Virus record (IMG/VR): IMGVR_UViG_3300033388_002430
Coordinates: 1,997-65,996 of that record
Strand: one strand, 5' to 3'
Source: a virus
Taxonomy: Duplodnaviria; Caudoviricetes
Length of the DNA: 64,000 bases
The position numbers were made by a program, and so were the translations under genes. Of the stretch, positions 53,020-63,287 are shown piece after piece (the stretch's first letter is position 1; the number at the start of each line of letters is the position of its first letter). The notes under the pieces are model-generated. The model ran no database searches, was not told the origin of the DNA, and was given only the letters and a program-made list of their open reading frames with translations.

Positions 53020-55461
53020 ATGGGAATAACTCCGCAGGAACTTCAGCTTTTAGAGACTAGACCACATCGGACTAAATTGTGGCTATCAATTTATAATCCA
53101 AACACTGTGTTAGCTTGTCGTGTTAATGATGCTGGCATTGAGAAGGGTGCTAGAACAATTATATATGATAGTGTTACTGCTGGATCATATCTACTTGTAG
53201 AAAATGCCATGGTGATGTATGTAGGAAGTTCTGCTGGTGATGATGATCTGGGCAGAATTAGAGTACGAAGTATTACCGACACAGAGATTACAATTGCGGA
53301 GAACTCTCATATTGAATGGGAAGATAATTTATACCTGACCGTTGTAAATTTCTATGAAATAACTGCAATCTATCCTAGAATTATTCAAGATCCAGTAGAT
53401 GCTACAAAAGTTATTTTCTATAAAGATTATGATATTGAGTATACGGATCAGAATACAATTCTTGGTTCCTTTGTAAATATGGGGCCGCACTACGCCGGAT
53501 TTGTAGATGTTGCTACTGGAGAAGATGATATTTATTATTCTGCTTCGGGAACACATTATGTGGGAGTAAGCGGAACTACTCTGAGTTATTATTGGTGGTT
53601 TCAAGGGGGAGATCCTACAGGCTCACACAGTCATACCCCTGGTTACATTACTTATGATACTCCGGGGCATTACACAACCAGATTAGTTGTTAGTGGTAGT
53701 AATGGTGCTGGAGATTCTTCTTATCGTCACATATCTATTTATGATAAACCTGGGGAGGGTAGTAATGTTCCTGTTCTATCTTGGGAATTAAATTCTTTAC
53801 ATGGTGACAGAGAGAGTGGGGGATATACTGGTCAAATAACAATTCGTGAAGATATCCCCGAAGAGACAATAAAAGATGGTAGCCTTGTAGTTATCTTTGC
53901 AGAGGATTGGTACGGAGAGACCAAACAAAGTATTGGTGGAAATGCTCAAAATAGATCCAGCATTGTTTTTGCCGGATATATCATTGATGGAACAATAATA
54001 TATGATTGGCAAGATAAAACTGTAGATTTTTCTATTGGAAGTCCTACGGAGATAATGAAGAATATTGAAGGATTCTCCGTTTCTGTGGAGAGTAAAAATG
54101 TTCCTGTGACATGGTTTCAATTATATGATATGAATAATGAAAAAGCTCTATATCATTATTTGAGATGGCACTCCACAGTATTGAAAACAGCAGACTTTGA
54201 ATTTCCAGATGAGGATTTTAGAATCCAATATTTTGATTCTGATAGAGAATCTTTATATAGTGCGATCAATACCTTAATGGATGGAACTCTTCTGGGGAAT
54301 ATTGTTTCGGATCGTCAAGGTAAGATATGGGCAGAAATAGATACATCAGCTATTAACTCTCCGGCAACGTACAAAGAAACCTCTAAACTTATTCTAAGTA
54401 ATAGTGCGTGGCGTAGCTCACCCATAATTGAAGAACAACAAACTGCCATAGTTTCATATCTAGAGATGGGAGGTATATCATATCTTGGCCCACCTACCCA
54501 TGTATCCACTGCACTTATGTCAGAGGCTCCTGGTAGTGCTCCGAACTATCGTGGAAGGGTAGAGAGGCATCAAGGACTTGCCCTGACCTCTCAGGGACAA
54601 TTAAATACACTAACTGGAAATATACTTGCTTATAACAATGCTAGATATCCTTTTAGTACATATGCTTTATCTGGGAATTTTAGAAATTATGATATTGCTC
54701 CTCAATCACTTGTACCAATAACAATATCTCCTGAAGATACTCCCAGAAGAATTACATTTAATAATAAACTGTTTACAATTGAAGAAATGGAATTTGAATA
54801 TAATCCAGAAAGTGAAATATTTCTTTCCTCTATCGGAGCTACAGAAGTAACTAGTGGAGATGATGGAGAAACCATAATTATTCCTGCTGTGCCACCAACA
54901 TCAGGTGAAGATGGTGGAGGATTTAGTATACCGCCATTTATAGTTCCCCCATTTCCCACTACATATAGTCTAAATAATTACGCATCTGCTAGTGAACTGT
55001 CTTTTGGAGATTATCCAACAGATGATCCAAATTTCCCTGGATTTGATATTGATGCTGGAGAATGGGGAAGTGTTAGGATTCATAGTGGAATCTTAGGTGG
55101 CTCATATCCTGGTTGGAGACATAATATTGGGCGTAGTATTGGAAATAGTGGTAAGGGATATTGGGTTGCACAGTTTACTGGAAAATATCATGTAAATGTT
55201 CTATTTAATAATAGTGATTTAAAGGAAGTAACAGTTGCGTTATCTACTAATAATCTTGCGGATTGGACAGCAGTAGCACCAAACCAAAAAAGAGAGATAG
55301 CTAAATCTAGTGATTTGTACATTAATGCGGATTGGACTATTCATCTAACTGCTGGAACTTTTTTAACTGTTTTATTGTATAATGGAGATGTGGCTAATGT
55401 CCTTAGTGGGACTGTGGATTGTCACATTATGTTAATAGATTTATATCCGGGGACAGGATAA
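53020..55461 (+). CDS. tail tip/hub protein with PKD-like domain
   Basis: YYWWF.GG...ITY.TPG.YT.RL.V PKD-like signature; synteny. Confidence 0.65.
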   Translation: MGITPQELQLLETRPHRTKLWLSIYNPNTVLACRVNDAGIEKGARTIIYDSVTAGSYLLVENAMVMYVGSSAGDDDLGRIRVRSITDTEITIAENSHIEWEDNLYLTVVNFYEITAIYPRIIQDPVDATKVIFYKDYDIEYTDQNTILGSFVNMGPHYAGFVDVATGEDDIYYSASGTHYVGVSGTTLSYYWWFQGGDPTGSHSHTPGYITYDTPGHYTTRLVVSGSNGAGDSSYRHISIYDKPGEGSNVPVLSWELNSLHGDRESGGYTGQITIREDIPEETIKDGSLVVIFAEDWYGETKQSIGGNAQNRSSIVFAGYIIDGTIIYDWQDKTVDFSIGSPTEIMKNIEGFSVSVESKNVPVTWFQLYDMNNEKALYHYLRWHSTVLKTADFEFPDEDFRIQYFDSDRESLYSAINTLMDGTLLGNIVSDRQGKIWAEIDTSAINSPATYKETSKLILSNSAWRSSPIIEEQQTAIVSYLEMGGISYLGPPTHVSTALMSEAPGSAPNYRGRVERHQGLALTSQGQLNTLTGNILAYNNARYPFSTYALSGNFRNYDIAPQSLVPITISPEDTPRRITFNNKLFTIEEMEFEYNPESEIFLSSIGATEVTSGDDGETIIIPAVPPTSGEDGGGFSIPPFIVPPFPTTYSLNNYASASELSFGDYPTDDPNFPGFDIDAGEWGSVRIHSGILGGSYPGWRHNIGRSIGNSGKGYWVAQFTGKYHVNVLFNNSDLKEVTVALSTNNLADWTAVAPNQKREIAKSSDLYINADWTIHLTAGTFLTVLLYNGDVANVLSGTVDCHIMLIDLYPGTG

Positions 55462-58400
55462 TGGGATTGGGCAGACATAAATTTCAACGGGCGTTTAGCA
55501 CATTTAGTGATACGAAGAGAGATGAGGATATCATTCTCTCCGGTATTCTTGGATTACCAACTGGTATTGGACAAAATACGGTTGAGGTAGAAAGTAGAAC
55601 TGGATTTGTTTATGTCAGATTAAGGGATAATCTGAATGAAGTTATTCAGGCGTATAACGATCAGGTTAGTCCTGTATATGGCTTACCCGTATTAATTACT
55701 AGGGATAGTGTTAATAAAAACTATTATCGTATTGTTAGGCGAGATGTTGGGAGATATGATGATTGGGGATCTATTTCTCCATATCTGGCGAAACATGGTA
55801 ATCAGCACAGATTCAAGCCAGAAATAGGTGGTGGGGGAGATGTAGTATTTGTAGAGGGTAGGCAGTTTGTTCCTCTTATGCTTACACCTTCTGGAAGCTC
55901 TGGATCTGGAAATGTAATCATGGAAGGATCTCATTTCTATACGGGGGGAACATGGAAATGGGCAGGAACTACTGGTACTCCAGATCTTCTTGCTTATAGA
56001 CCTACAAATAATAAATCTACTGTAATTCTTGTCTATATAGATGGAGCAGATAATAATCCGAAACTTATAGCAGGTGATGAATTTGATGTTTCTATCTCTG
56101 GTACGGCTCATATCATTCCATTCTTACCCCCTGTCCCTACGAGTGAGGATGTTCCATTAGGGGCTATTCAATTATATTCGGGAACACAGCGAATTGCTTG
56201 GGAACAGATATATGATCTCAGACCTTATATTGTGGGTAGTGCATTTATTCCTACAGGAACTTATGGGCATACCATTAGAGATGATGGTATGGATATGTCC
56301 CAACGTTCACATCTAAACTTTATTGGAGAGAATGTTTGGATAAATGATGATCCTGGAAATGACGAGACTGAAGTTATTATTTCTGGTTCTGCTGGGGGTG
56401 GGGGAGATACTAGACGAGTAATAAAAGATGAGGGCGTTGCAGAAGCAGACAGAGATAATCTAAACTTTATTGGTAATGGTGTGTTTATCAATGATGATGT
56501 TGGAAATAATGAATTAGAGATTATCATTTCTGGATCATCTGATAAATATGGAATTAGAGATGGGGGTGCTCCACAAACCCCTAGAAACTGGCTGAACTTT
56601 ATAGGTGATGGAGTTATTGTAAATGATGATCCGGCTAATGATGAGATAGAAATCATTATCACAGGATCGACTGGTGGAGCGGCCGGTAATCCTGCTGGCA
56701 TCAACACTTATATACAATATAATAATTCTGGATCTTTTGGTGCTGATTCTGGACTTACGTGGAAATGGAATGATGATTTTGTTCATATATATCATATTCT
56801 TAAGGCAGATGGGCAAATACAAGTATTTGATGGTTCACAAGTATTGCCATCATACACATTTGTATCTGACCATAATACGGGAATGTATCTAGATAGCTTT
56901 CAAGTTTTAGGGTTTGTAGCGGGTAATCATCAAGTAATTAGGGCTAGTACATCTGAAGTAGATATCCTGAAAGATTTGGATATGAATAATAATGACATTA
57001 TTAATGTAAAGGATCTTAGTGTTAGTGGAACATCAAATCTAAATGGTGCTGGTGGTGTATTTGTACGTGGAGGAGATTTAACTGTAGAAACTCAACTTGA
57101 TATGGATGAAAATTCTATAATCAATATAGAGAGACTTATCTTAGATACTACCCCAGCAACCACTGGAACCTCTGCCGGAACTATTTATTGGAACGACACA
57201 GAATATACTATTAATATAATTACTGGTCAGGGTCCAGTATTGCAAGTCGGGCATGAAATATATACTCTTGTTTATAACAATACTGGAGTACAGATTGATA
57301 ATGGAACCGCTGTATATCCCGTAGGTGCTGTAGGAATATATCCGTCTGTAGCAGAGGCAGATGCTACATATTTCAATACAGTAGATAAAGTTGTTTTTAT
57401 GACTACCATGGATATTCTAGATGGTCAGGTTGGACTTACAGCTACATTTGGTAAGATTCATGATATAGATACCAGTGGATTCAATCTTGGAGATACGATT
57501 TATGTAGCTCCAGATGGTACAGCAGTTGTTAATAATCTTACAAATGTTAGACCAGAATTTCCAGATTATGAGATTCAGTTAGGTGGTATTGTTAAAGTAG
57601 ATGCTGTTGACGGCATTATAGAGCTAGCTATCAGAGATGATCTTTATAACACTGTGGATAACTTCTGGAATGGAGCAATCAGAGAAAGTTTTGATTTCAG
57701 AACAGTATCTACTGGAGGAATAGTTAGCGGTACATTAACAGCACCAACTGGAACTCTTACTAGAGATCTAACAATGATGTTTAGTGATGGCTTCACATTA
57801 TTAGATACAAGTCCAGGTGCTTCAATTGTTCTAACTCCTGGTCTTGATGATACGCCGCAAGTAAATTATATTTATATTCCTCGAAGTACAAAAGTACTCA
57901 CTAAAAGTACATCTGATTGGCCTACAACAGAGCATATTAGAATAGCAGAAGTTTTATTACAATCCGCCGCTACAACTGCTACTGATGGAGCATTGAGAAA
58001 TCAGAACTGGAATGACCACTTAGCAAGTACTATTTCACAACAAGGTCATTTATCTCATATCGGAGCTAGAATAAGGGCTTTGAGTTCGGAATGGCATTCA
58101 GGTGTGGCGGGAACTCTTTCTGGAGCTCCAAGTGATGTCTATATTAGCACAACTGCTGGTAAAGTATTTCAAATGCACCTGCAAATATTCCCTGCTCAAG
58201 ATATGTCCGCTGGAGATAAGATTAATGTAGTAAATGATTCGGTTAGTCCATATAGATCTACGGCAAATCTTAACGATATCACTGATGATGCTGATGGAGA
58301 TACGCTAAATAACCGTTGGTTCACATTAGTTATTTGGGGAGTTGCTAATAAATCTGGAGAGACATCACATCTTATGTGTAATCTTCCCAATGGAAGTTAT

Positions 58401-60218
58401 ACAAGTGAATCAAATGCTATTAGTGATGCTTTTGGTAGGGCGGTTTATACTATTCCTGATGCTTTCAAAGGTGTTGGATTCCTGATCGGGGCATTTACAC
58501 TTAGAAAATCTGGTGCTACCTTCACTTATAATGGTGGAGATGCTTATCAAGATTTACGTGGATTTGTTCCTAACTCTACTGCTGGTACGGGTGCTGGTGG
58601 TTCTGGCATTACAGAGTTTACTACCTTAACAGATACTCCAAGTTCTTATATTTCAGAGGCTAAGAATGTTACAGTAGTAAATGCTGGAGAAACCGCTTTA
58701 GAGTTTAGCTCATTACTTGGTCTGGTAGATTTGACTAATCCTGATACTGATAGGATATATTTCTGGGATGATAGTGAATCAAAGTCTAATTGGCTCGTAC
58801 CGGATCAGCACCTATCTATTAGTGGAACCAGTCTATATGTTCTGGATGATTTCCTTCTGAATACTGGCGATACTATGGAAGGGTCATTTATCATAGATAA
58901 CACGGATACAGAAGCATTTCTGGTTCGTCTAGACGGTGATGGTGGAAATGTATTTATTATTGATACGACTAATGTAGAGATTGAGCTACATGCACTTACC
59001 GAGATACATCAGGTAGCGGATAGTGCGGGGCTAATTATTTATGGATATGATGATGTTAGTGCTTCAACCGTAGAGTTATCCATTGATTCTGCTGGTGATA
59101 CTCAATTAACTGCTACTGGCAATATTATAGTTAATCCAACGAATAGTGTAATCATAGATAACACGGCTATCGAAGCTTTACTCATAAGAAAAAATGGTGA
59201 TGGTGGTGATGTTTTCATTGTTGATACGACAAATTCTCTTGTAAAAGCAAGCGGAGATCTGAGACTAGGTGATGGTTCAGCGAAAGACATATCATTAGTT
59301 TTTGATGATGGAATAGATAGAAAACTTTATTGGGACGATAACGAAGGAACATTGAGAACAGATCAACCGTTTGTTGCAGATGGTGGATTACTTGCAGGTG
59401 CAACCGCAACTGGCGATGATTTTATAAAATTTGTTTATACACCGATTAACGACACGGCTGCAAATCTAATGAATTTTAGTTTTTATCCAACCTGCACAGA
59501 CGATTTATTAATAAGTCAGCGTGGAATGAACGTACTTATGCAGCCCACAATTTCTGCGGGAAAAGCAAATACTGGAAAATTATGGGCGATGCACCTCTCT
59601 AGCTTAGACAGGGGAGACATGGAGGGTGACCTTACAGAAATGAAAGCCGTAAACGTCCTTGCCGGAAAATACAACGATGGTGGAGGGGGAACAATTACTG
59701 ATGTTTACGGGCATGCTATAAAAATGTATTACCAAGTAGGAACAGTTACCAATGGTTATGGATTTTATATCAACGCCCCCTCAACTGGCGGAACCGTTAC
59801 TAATGAGTGGGCTATGTATATAGCAGACAACGCACTTAGTTATTTTGTTGGAGATATTTCTGCCCAAAACGTAACAGACAGAACGCCTTATTATGACGGT
59901 AATGCACTAGAAGAAATCAAAAAAATAAAAAGTGAAAACGAAAAGATTGACCACGATACATTACCGGATTTTGTTACTGTAAAAAGAAAAAGAAAAGTAG
60001 CACTAAAGAAAATTATCGTCCCAGATGATGATGGTGGTACACTTGTTGAGAAGGGAGAGACTATACACCAAGGAGCCGAACAACTAAAGAAGGGGGTTGA
60101 TTACGAGGAAATAGAAGTCAAGGAAAGAAATCTTGGCGCTATGATTTCAGTATTAACGTCAGCCGTTCAGCAACTTATTAGCAGAGTAGAAGAAATAGAA
60201 AAAGCCTCTTTGAAATAG
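55461..60218 (+). CDS. large tail fibre / receptor-binding protein
   Basis: Gly/Thr-rich, internal repeats, C-terminal intramolecular-chaperone-like helix (LTSAVQQLISRVEEIE); TAATG overlap sets the start at 55461. Confidence 0.8.
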   Translation: MGLGRHKFQRAFSTFSDTKRDEDIILSGILGLPTGIGQNTVEVESRTGFVYVRLRDNLNEVIQAYNDQVSPVYGLPVLITRDSVNKNYYRIVRRDVGRYDDWGSISPYLAKHGNQHRFKPEIGGGGDVVFVEGRQFVPLMLTPSGSSGSGNVIMEGSHFYTGGTWKWAGTTGTPDLLAYRPTNNKSTVILVYIDGADNNPKLIAGDEFDVSISGTAHIIPFLPPVPTSEDVPLGAIQLYSGTQRIAWEQIYDLRPYIVGSAFIPTGTYGHTIRDDGMDMSQRSHLNFIGENVWINDDPGNDETEVIISGSAGGGGDTRRVIKDEGVAEADRDNLNFIGNGVFINDDVGNNELEIIISGSSDKYGIRDGGAPQTPRNWLNFIGDGVIVNDDPANDEIEIIITGSTGGAAGNPAGINTYIQYNNSGSFGADSGLTWKWNDDFVHIYHILKADGQIQVFDGSQVLPSYTFVSDHNTGMYLDSFQVLGFVAGNHQVIRASTSEVDILKDLDMNNNDIINVKDLSVSGTSNLNGAGGVFVRGGDLTVETQLDMDENSIINIERLILDTTPATTGTSAGTIYWNDTEYTINIITGQGPVLQVGHEIYTLVYNNTGVQIDNGTAVYPVGAVGIYPSVAEADATYFNTVDKVVFMTTMDILDGQVGLTATFGKIHDIDTSGFNLGDTIYVAPDGTAVVNNLTNVRPEFPDYEIQLGGIVKVDAVDGIIELAIRDDLYNTVDNFWNGAIRESFDFRTVSTGGIVSGTLTAPTGTLTRDLTMMFSDGFTLLDTSPGASIVLTPGLDDTPQVNYIYIPRSTKVLTKSTSDWPTTEHIRIAEVLLQSAATTATDGALRNQNWNDHLASTISQQGHLSHIGARIRALSSEWHSGVAGTLSGAPSDVYISTTAGKVFQMHLQIFPAQDMSAGDKINVVNDSVSPYRSTANLNDITDDADGDTLNNRWFTLVIWGVANKSGETSHLMCNLPNGSYTSESNAISDAFGRAVYTIPDAFKGVGFLIGAFTLRKSGATFTYNGGDAYQDLRGFVPNSTAGTGAGGSGITEFTTLTDTPSSYISEAKNVTVVNAGETALEFSSLLGLVDLTNPDTDRIYFWDDSESKSNWLVPDQHLSISGTSLYVLDDFLLNTGDTMEGSFIIDNTDTEAFLVRLDGDGGNVFIIDTTNVEIELHALTEIHQVADSAGLIIYGYDDVSASTVELSIDSAGDTQLTATGNIIVNPTNSVIIDNTAIEALLIRKNGDGGDVFIVDTTNSLVKASGDLRLGDGSAKDISLVFDDGIDRKLYWDDNEGTLRTDQPFVADGGLLAGATATGDDFIKFVYTPINDTAANLMNFSFYPTCTDDLLISQRGMNVLMQPTISAGKANTGKLWAMHLSSLDRGDMEGDLTEMKAVNVLAGKYNDGGGGTITDVYGHAIKMYYQVGTVTNGYGFYINAPSTGGTVTNEWAMYIADNALSYFVGDISAQNVTDRTPYYDGNALEEIKKIKSENEKIDHDTLPDFVTVKRKRKVALKKIIVPDDDGGTLVEKGETIHQGAEQLKKGVDYEEIEVKERNLGAMISVLTSAVQQLISRVEEIEKASLK
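56265..56680 (+). repeat. three ~43-aa repeats in fibre (I.D.G.....R..LNFIG..V..NDD..N.E.E.II[ST]GS)
   Basis: Visible in translation; two more IIDNT..EA...R..GDGG.VFI.DTTN repeats near 58890 and 59150. Confidence 0.85.
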
Positions 60219-60231
60219 GGGGCTTGATTTT
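60202..60231 (+). terminator. hairpin at end of fibre gene
   Basis: AAGCCTCT / GGGGGCTT followed by GATTTT. Confidence 0.45.
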
Positions 60232-60426
60232 AGTTTTCCCTGTATACGGTACAACTTGATCCGTTGTATATAATAAAATAAATCTAAAAGATTGGAATGA
60301 AAAATTTAAACAAAAAAAAGAAGGTAGAGATATGGAAATTGAAGAATATATAACAGAAGATAATCCAAATACATTTCTAGCAAACCAAATTATATAATTC
60401 TAAATTAAGTATAGAGGAGAAATAAA

Positions 60427-60822
60427 ATGATGGAAAAACTATCATATCAGAAAATTCTTAATGCTTTTGATGCGTTTAGAAATGATCTGGCAGAGGCAAA
60501 ATTAGGATGGAAACTTAGTTTATATATTTCTAAAAATATAGATTATTTATCACCACATGTAGAGCATTATAATAAGGCAAATGCCGAAATCATTATGGAA
60601 TATAGTATTGAGACTGAAGTAGAGGGAAAAGTTGCAAGAGTAGTTGAATCTAAAAATATTGCTCAATTTCAAACAAATACTCAAGAATTGCTAAACACAG
60701 TGGTAGAAATTGATTATGATAAGATTGATATTAATTCTTTGAGTGTGCAAGATCAAGAAAAATTAGATGAATTTGTAACGCCTAAGATTCTACAGAGCAT
60801 AAAATATACATTCAAAGAATAA
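60427..60822 (+). CDS. conserved post-fibre phage protein
   Basis: GAGGAG RBS; helical protein typical of this position. Confidence 0.55.
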   Translation: MMEKLSYQKILNAFDAFRNDLAEAKLGWKLSLYISKNIDYLSPHVEHYNKANAEIIMEYSIETEVEGKVARVVESKNIAQFQTNTQELLNTVVEIDYDKIDINSLSVQDQEKLDEFVTPKILQSIKYTFKE

Positions 60823-60853
60823 ATTGTGATATAATTAATATTCGGAGGATTAT

Positions 60854-61141
60854 ATGCCAGGACTAAAAGAATATTACGAAAACCCGTTCAATGGGGATTG
60901 GTTCGGAGTGGTGAGTGGAACTGCATCTGCCCAACCCTTTCCATCTGGTACAGCGTCTCTAGCCAGATTCAAAGCTGACACGTCTAATCAGGGAGATATT
61001 TTCTTTGGTAATGATGGAGAAGTAATATTTCCACTAGATGCGGGTCAAGACACTGGATGGTTCGCACCTTCGCAGGGCAGATTAGAGAATTATCACTACG
61101 TAGGAAATAATCAAGTTCTAAGATTTTGGGTACAACGTTAA
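60854..61141 (+). CDS. small putative virion protein
   Basis: Own TGATATAAT promoter and GGAGG RBS; KA..SN.G.I..G jelly-roll-like motif; two SGT motifs. Confidence 0.55.
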   Translation: MPGLKEYYENPFNGDWFGVVSGTASAQPFPSGTASLARFKADTSNQGDIFFGNDGEVIFPLDAGQDTGWFAPSQGRLENYHYVGNNQVLRFWVQR

Positions 61142-61149
61142 TAAAATAA

Positions 61150-61217
61150 CTCTGATTATCGTAACGTAGTGGCCCATGGCACTATCAAAAGCCACAGAAC
61201 TGTTACGATAATCAGAG
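61150..61217. terminator. long hairpin at the convergence of the late arm and the lysin gene
   Basis: Perfect 16-bp stem CTCTGATTATCGTAAC / GTTACGATAATCAGAG with inner GTGGC/GCCAC. Confidence 0.65.
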
Positions 61218-61261
61218 ATATTAGCAGGATATTCTCTACTTTCTTTTTTCTCAAAACTAGA

Positions 61262-62473
61262 CTACGATCTCCTACTAGTCTTTCCCGTGAACAGCCACCT
61301 TATTCGCTGTCCAAACGTACCGCCTACTGGCTCGACATGGGAATGATCATCAATCTCTTTATACAAATTTCTCACCTTATCCTCAAAGTAGTCACCTGTT
61401 TCTTCAATTTTGTCATGTAATTGTTTATCCGAGTCAAGTAAAAGGTTAGTTTGTTTAACTGTTTTCTTATCCAACTCATTAAGCTTATCCACCAACTTAT
61501 TATGGTTATCAATGTTTAAGTCCCAAAAGATAGCTTCTGCTTCAATTTCTTTGATCTTATTCTCATATCCAAGTCCATTCTCCACAAGCTCTATCTGTCC
61601 TTGCTGTAGAGTTTCAAATCTTCTAGCGAGTTCAGCAATACCTAACGAATTAGTGTTTGTAAGCGTTTGTAATGCGTCAAAGTTAAGCCTGTCAGTTGCA
61701 ATGTCTTTCTTCAATGCTTCAATCTCAGATGTGTTAGTATTGATTCTGTTATGATTATCAACTACTGTTAATTCCAAATCCTCACAACAATCAGTAGGCT
61801 CAACTGGCTCCTCAATTCCAAGCCATTCATCCATGAAATCCTTGAGTTCTTCTTCACCACCAAGTAAGAACCTATCACGATCCACATTTCCACTACCAGG
61901 ATATAGCTCTGCCTTAGCTGTGGTTTGCTGAAGGGCTATCCTATCAATGTCAATCTTGTCCGGTAGCATCATGGAATATCCATCGTCTTCATCATCGTCA
62001 CCATCACCATAAGCCGCAAGTACCCACCAGTGTTCATTCAACCATTCTTCTGAAGCGAATGGAATGAGGTAGTCCATCAAGAAGTAATAAGCACCGTACA
62101 TCCATGGGCGTTTGCCAGTACGCTCTAAGATTGAATCTGATTCAATAACAATAGCCTCCGCAACCTCTTTTGGGGGTAGATCATTGTGGAGTTCAGCATC
62201 CAGCATGTGAATATATCCATCAGGGTCTACTTCCATCCATCTATCAACTTGAGTAAATACACTATACATAGGCCATAATGCATGATAACTACCCCTATAT
62301 AACTTGTTCCAATCATAATAATTATCAAAGGCTACGAAATCTACATCTTTATTCAGACCAACTGTGGCCCTCATAATTACACCAAGTACTTCTCCAGCAA
62401 CAGACTTATTCAAATCAAGATATGTCTGATGAGAAGAAATATCTATAAATAAAGGTCTTTCTGACATTATCAT
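61262..62473 (-). CDS. GH25 muramidase endolysin with coiled-coil C-terminus
   Basis: IDISSHQ, RAT.G...D..F, LDAE (DxE), W.A.Y, QT, VD.D. Confidence 0.85.
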   Translation of the reverse strand: MIMSERPLFIDISSHQTYLDLNKSVAGEVLGVIMRATVGLNKDVDFVAFDNYYDWNKLYRGSYHALWPMYSVFTQVDRWMEVDPDGYIHMLDAELHNDLPPKEVAEAIVIESDSILERTGKRPWMYGAYYFLMDYLIPFASEEWLNEHWWVLAAYGDGDDDEDDGYSMMLPDKIDIDRIALQQTTAKAELYPGSGNVDRDRFLLGGEEELKDFMDEWLGIEEPVEPTDCCEDLELTVVDNHNRINTNTSEIEALKKDIATDRLNFDALQTLTNTNSLGIAELARRFETLQQGQIELVENGLGYENKIKEIEAEAIFWDLNIDNHNKLVDKLNELDKKTVKQTNLLLDSDKQLHDKIEETGDYFEDKVRNLYKEIDDHSHVEPVGGTFGQRIRWLFTGKTSRRS

Positions 62474-62766
62474 TTGTTCTCCTTACAATTAGGACACATA
62501 GTTTTCCACCAGCCATGCCTAAGAATTTGACCAGCTTTCCCGCATTGCTCACATATATTTTCACTCATCCATTCCGCAGTACTGAGAAGATCTAAAAATT
62601 CTTCTGTCGATCCATTGGTGTAAATTCTTAATGCGCCATACTTCTCCTTGACCTGACATATCACTGTATCATCTGGCTTAGCATCAAATACAACCTCTAA
62701 TAGTTTAGACCAACCCTTTCCCACAGAAGCCTTTGCTGTTTCTAAATCATATCCGGTATATTCCAT
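62470..62766 (-). CDS. conserved phage Zn-binding protein
   Basis: GW..L, QVKEK.G.LR.Y, CEQCG...CPNC. Confidence 0.7.
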   Translation of the reverse strand: MEYTGYDLETAKASVGKGWSKLLEVVFDAKPDDTVICQVKEKYGALRIYTNGSTEEFLDLLSTAEWMSENICEQCGKAGQILRHGWWKTMCPNCKENK

Positions 62767-62768
62767 GA

Positions 62769-63185
62769 TTAATCTCCTCCCCGATTCTTTCCCGAATTAC
62801 CAGGATCACAATCTAGTATCCCCTCTGAACCATTCCCTCTACCCGAATTACACTTAGATTTCTCAGTCTTAGTAGGTTTCGGTGTTTTAGTTGGCTGTGG
62901 ATTATTTGTTGGTTTTGGAATGTCTGTTGGATACACAGTTTCACTAGGAATGAGCTTTTCAGCAGTTGGTGAAATATTTGCTTCCAGTGAAAATTCACAG
63001 TTATCGCACGGACAAAAACATTCAAGTCCTACATCTGATAGCACACATACATGATCTTCAACCTTAAATACAACTACGCTTTCGGGTAATCCATTACTTG
63101 CTCCAACAGCTTTGGGTAAAAACATCATCGCTATAAAAATCAATAGCAATAAAAAGATAATCCATGATATATAATTCTTTTTCAT
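62769..63185 (-). CDS. exported/membrane protein with Pro-Thr linker
   Basis: N-terminal TM/signal, PT repeats, CNSGRGNGSEG..DCDPGNSG tail. Confidence 0.65.
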   Translation of the reverse strand: MKKNYISWIIFLLLLIFIAMMFLPKAVGASNGLPESVVVFKVEDHVCVLSDVGLECFCPCDNCEFSLEANISPTAEKLIPSETVYPTDIPKPTNNPQPTKTPKPTKTEKSKCNSGRGNGSEGILDCDPGNSGKNRGGD

Positions 63186-63287
63186 TTGTTCTTATCTCCC
63201 TTTTGTCCACAGTAAATACATTTTGTCTGACCATTCTCAGGATCATAGTTCCAAAACAAACCACATTTACATCTTATAGTTCTTATT

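Larger units (their letters stand above)
12179..53111. repeat. dispersed palindrome AACAC-N-GTGTT, 13 perfect copies
   Basis: Starts at 12179, 14421, 14896, 15789, 16560, 19007, 21759, 24223, 27354, 33039, 42149, 45497, 53101. Confidence 0.9.

Noticed and set aside
55461-60218. Diversity-generating retroelement acting on the fibre
   Set aside because: No reverse transcriptase and no adenine-specific TR/VR pair seen; the repeats are diverged protein repeats
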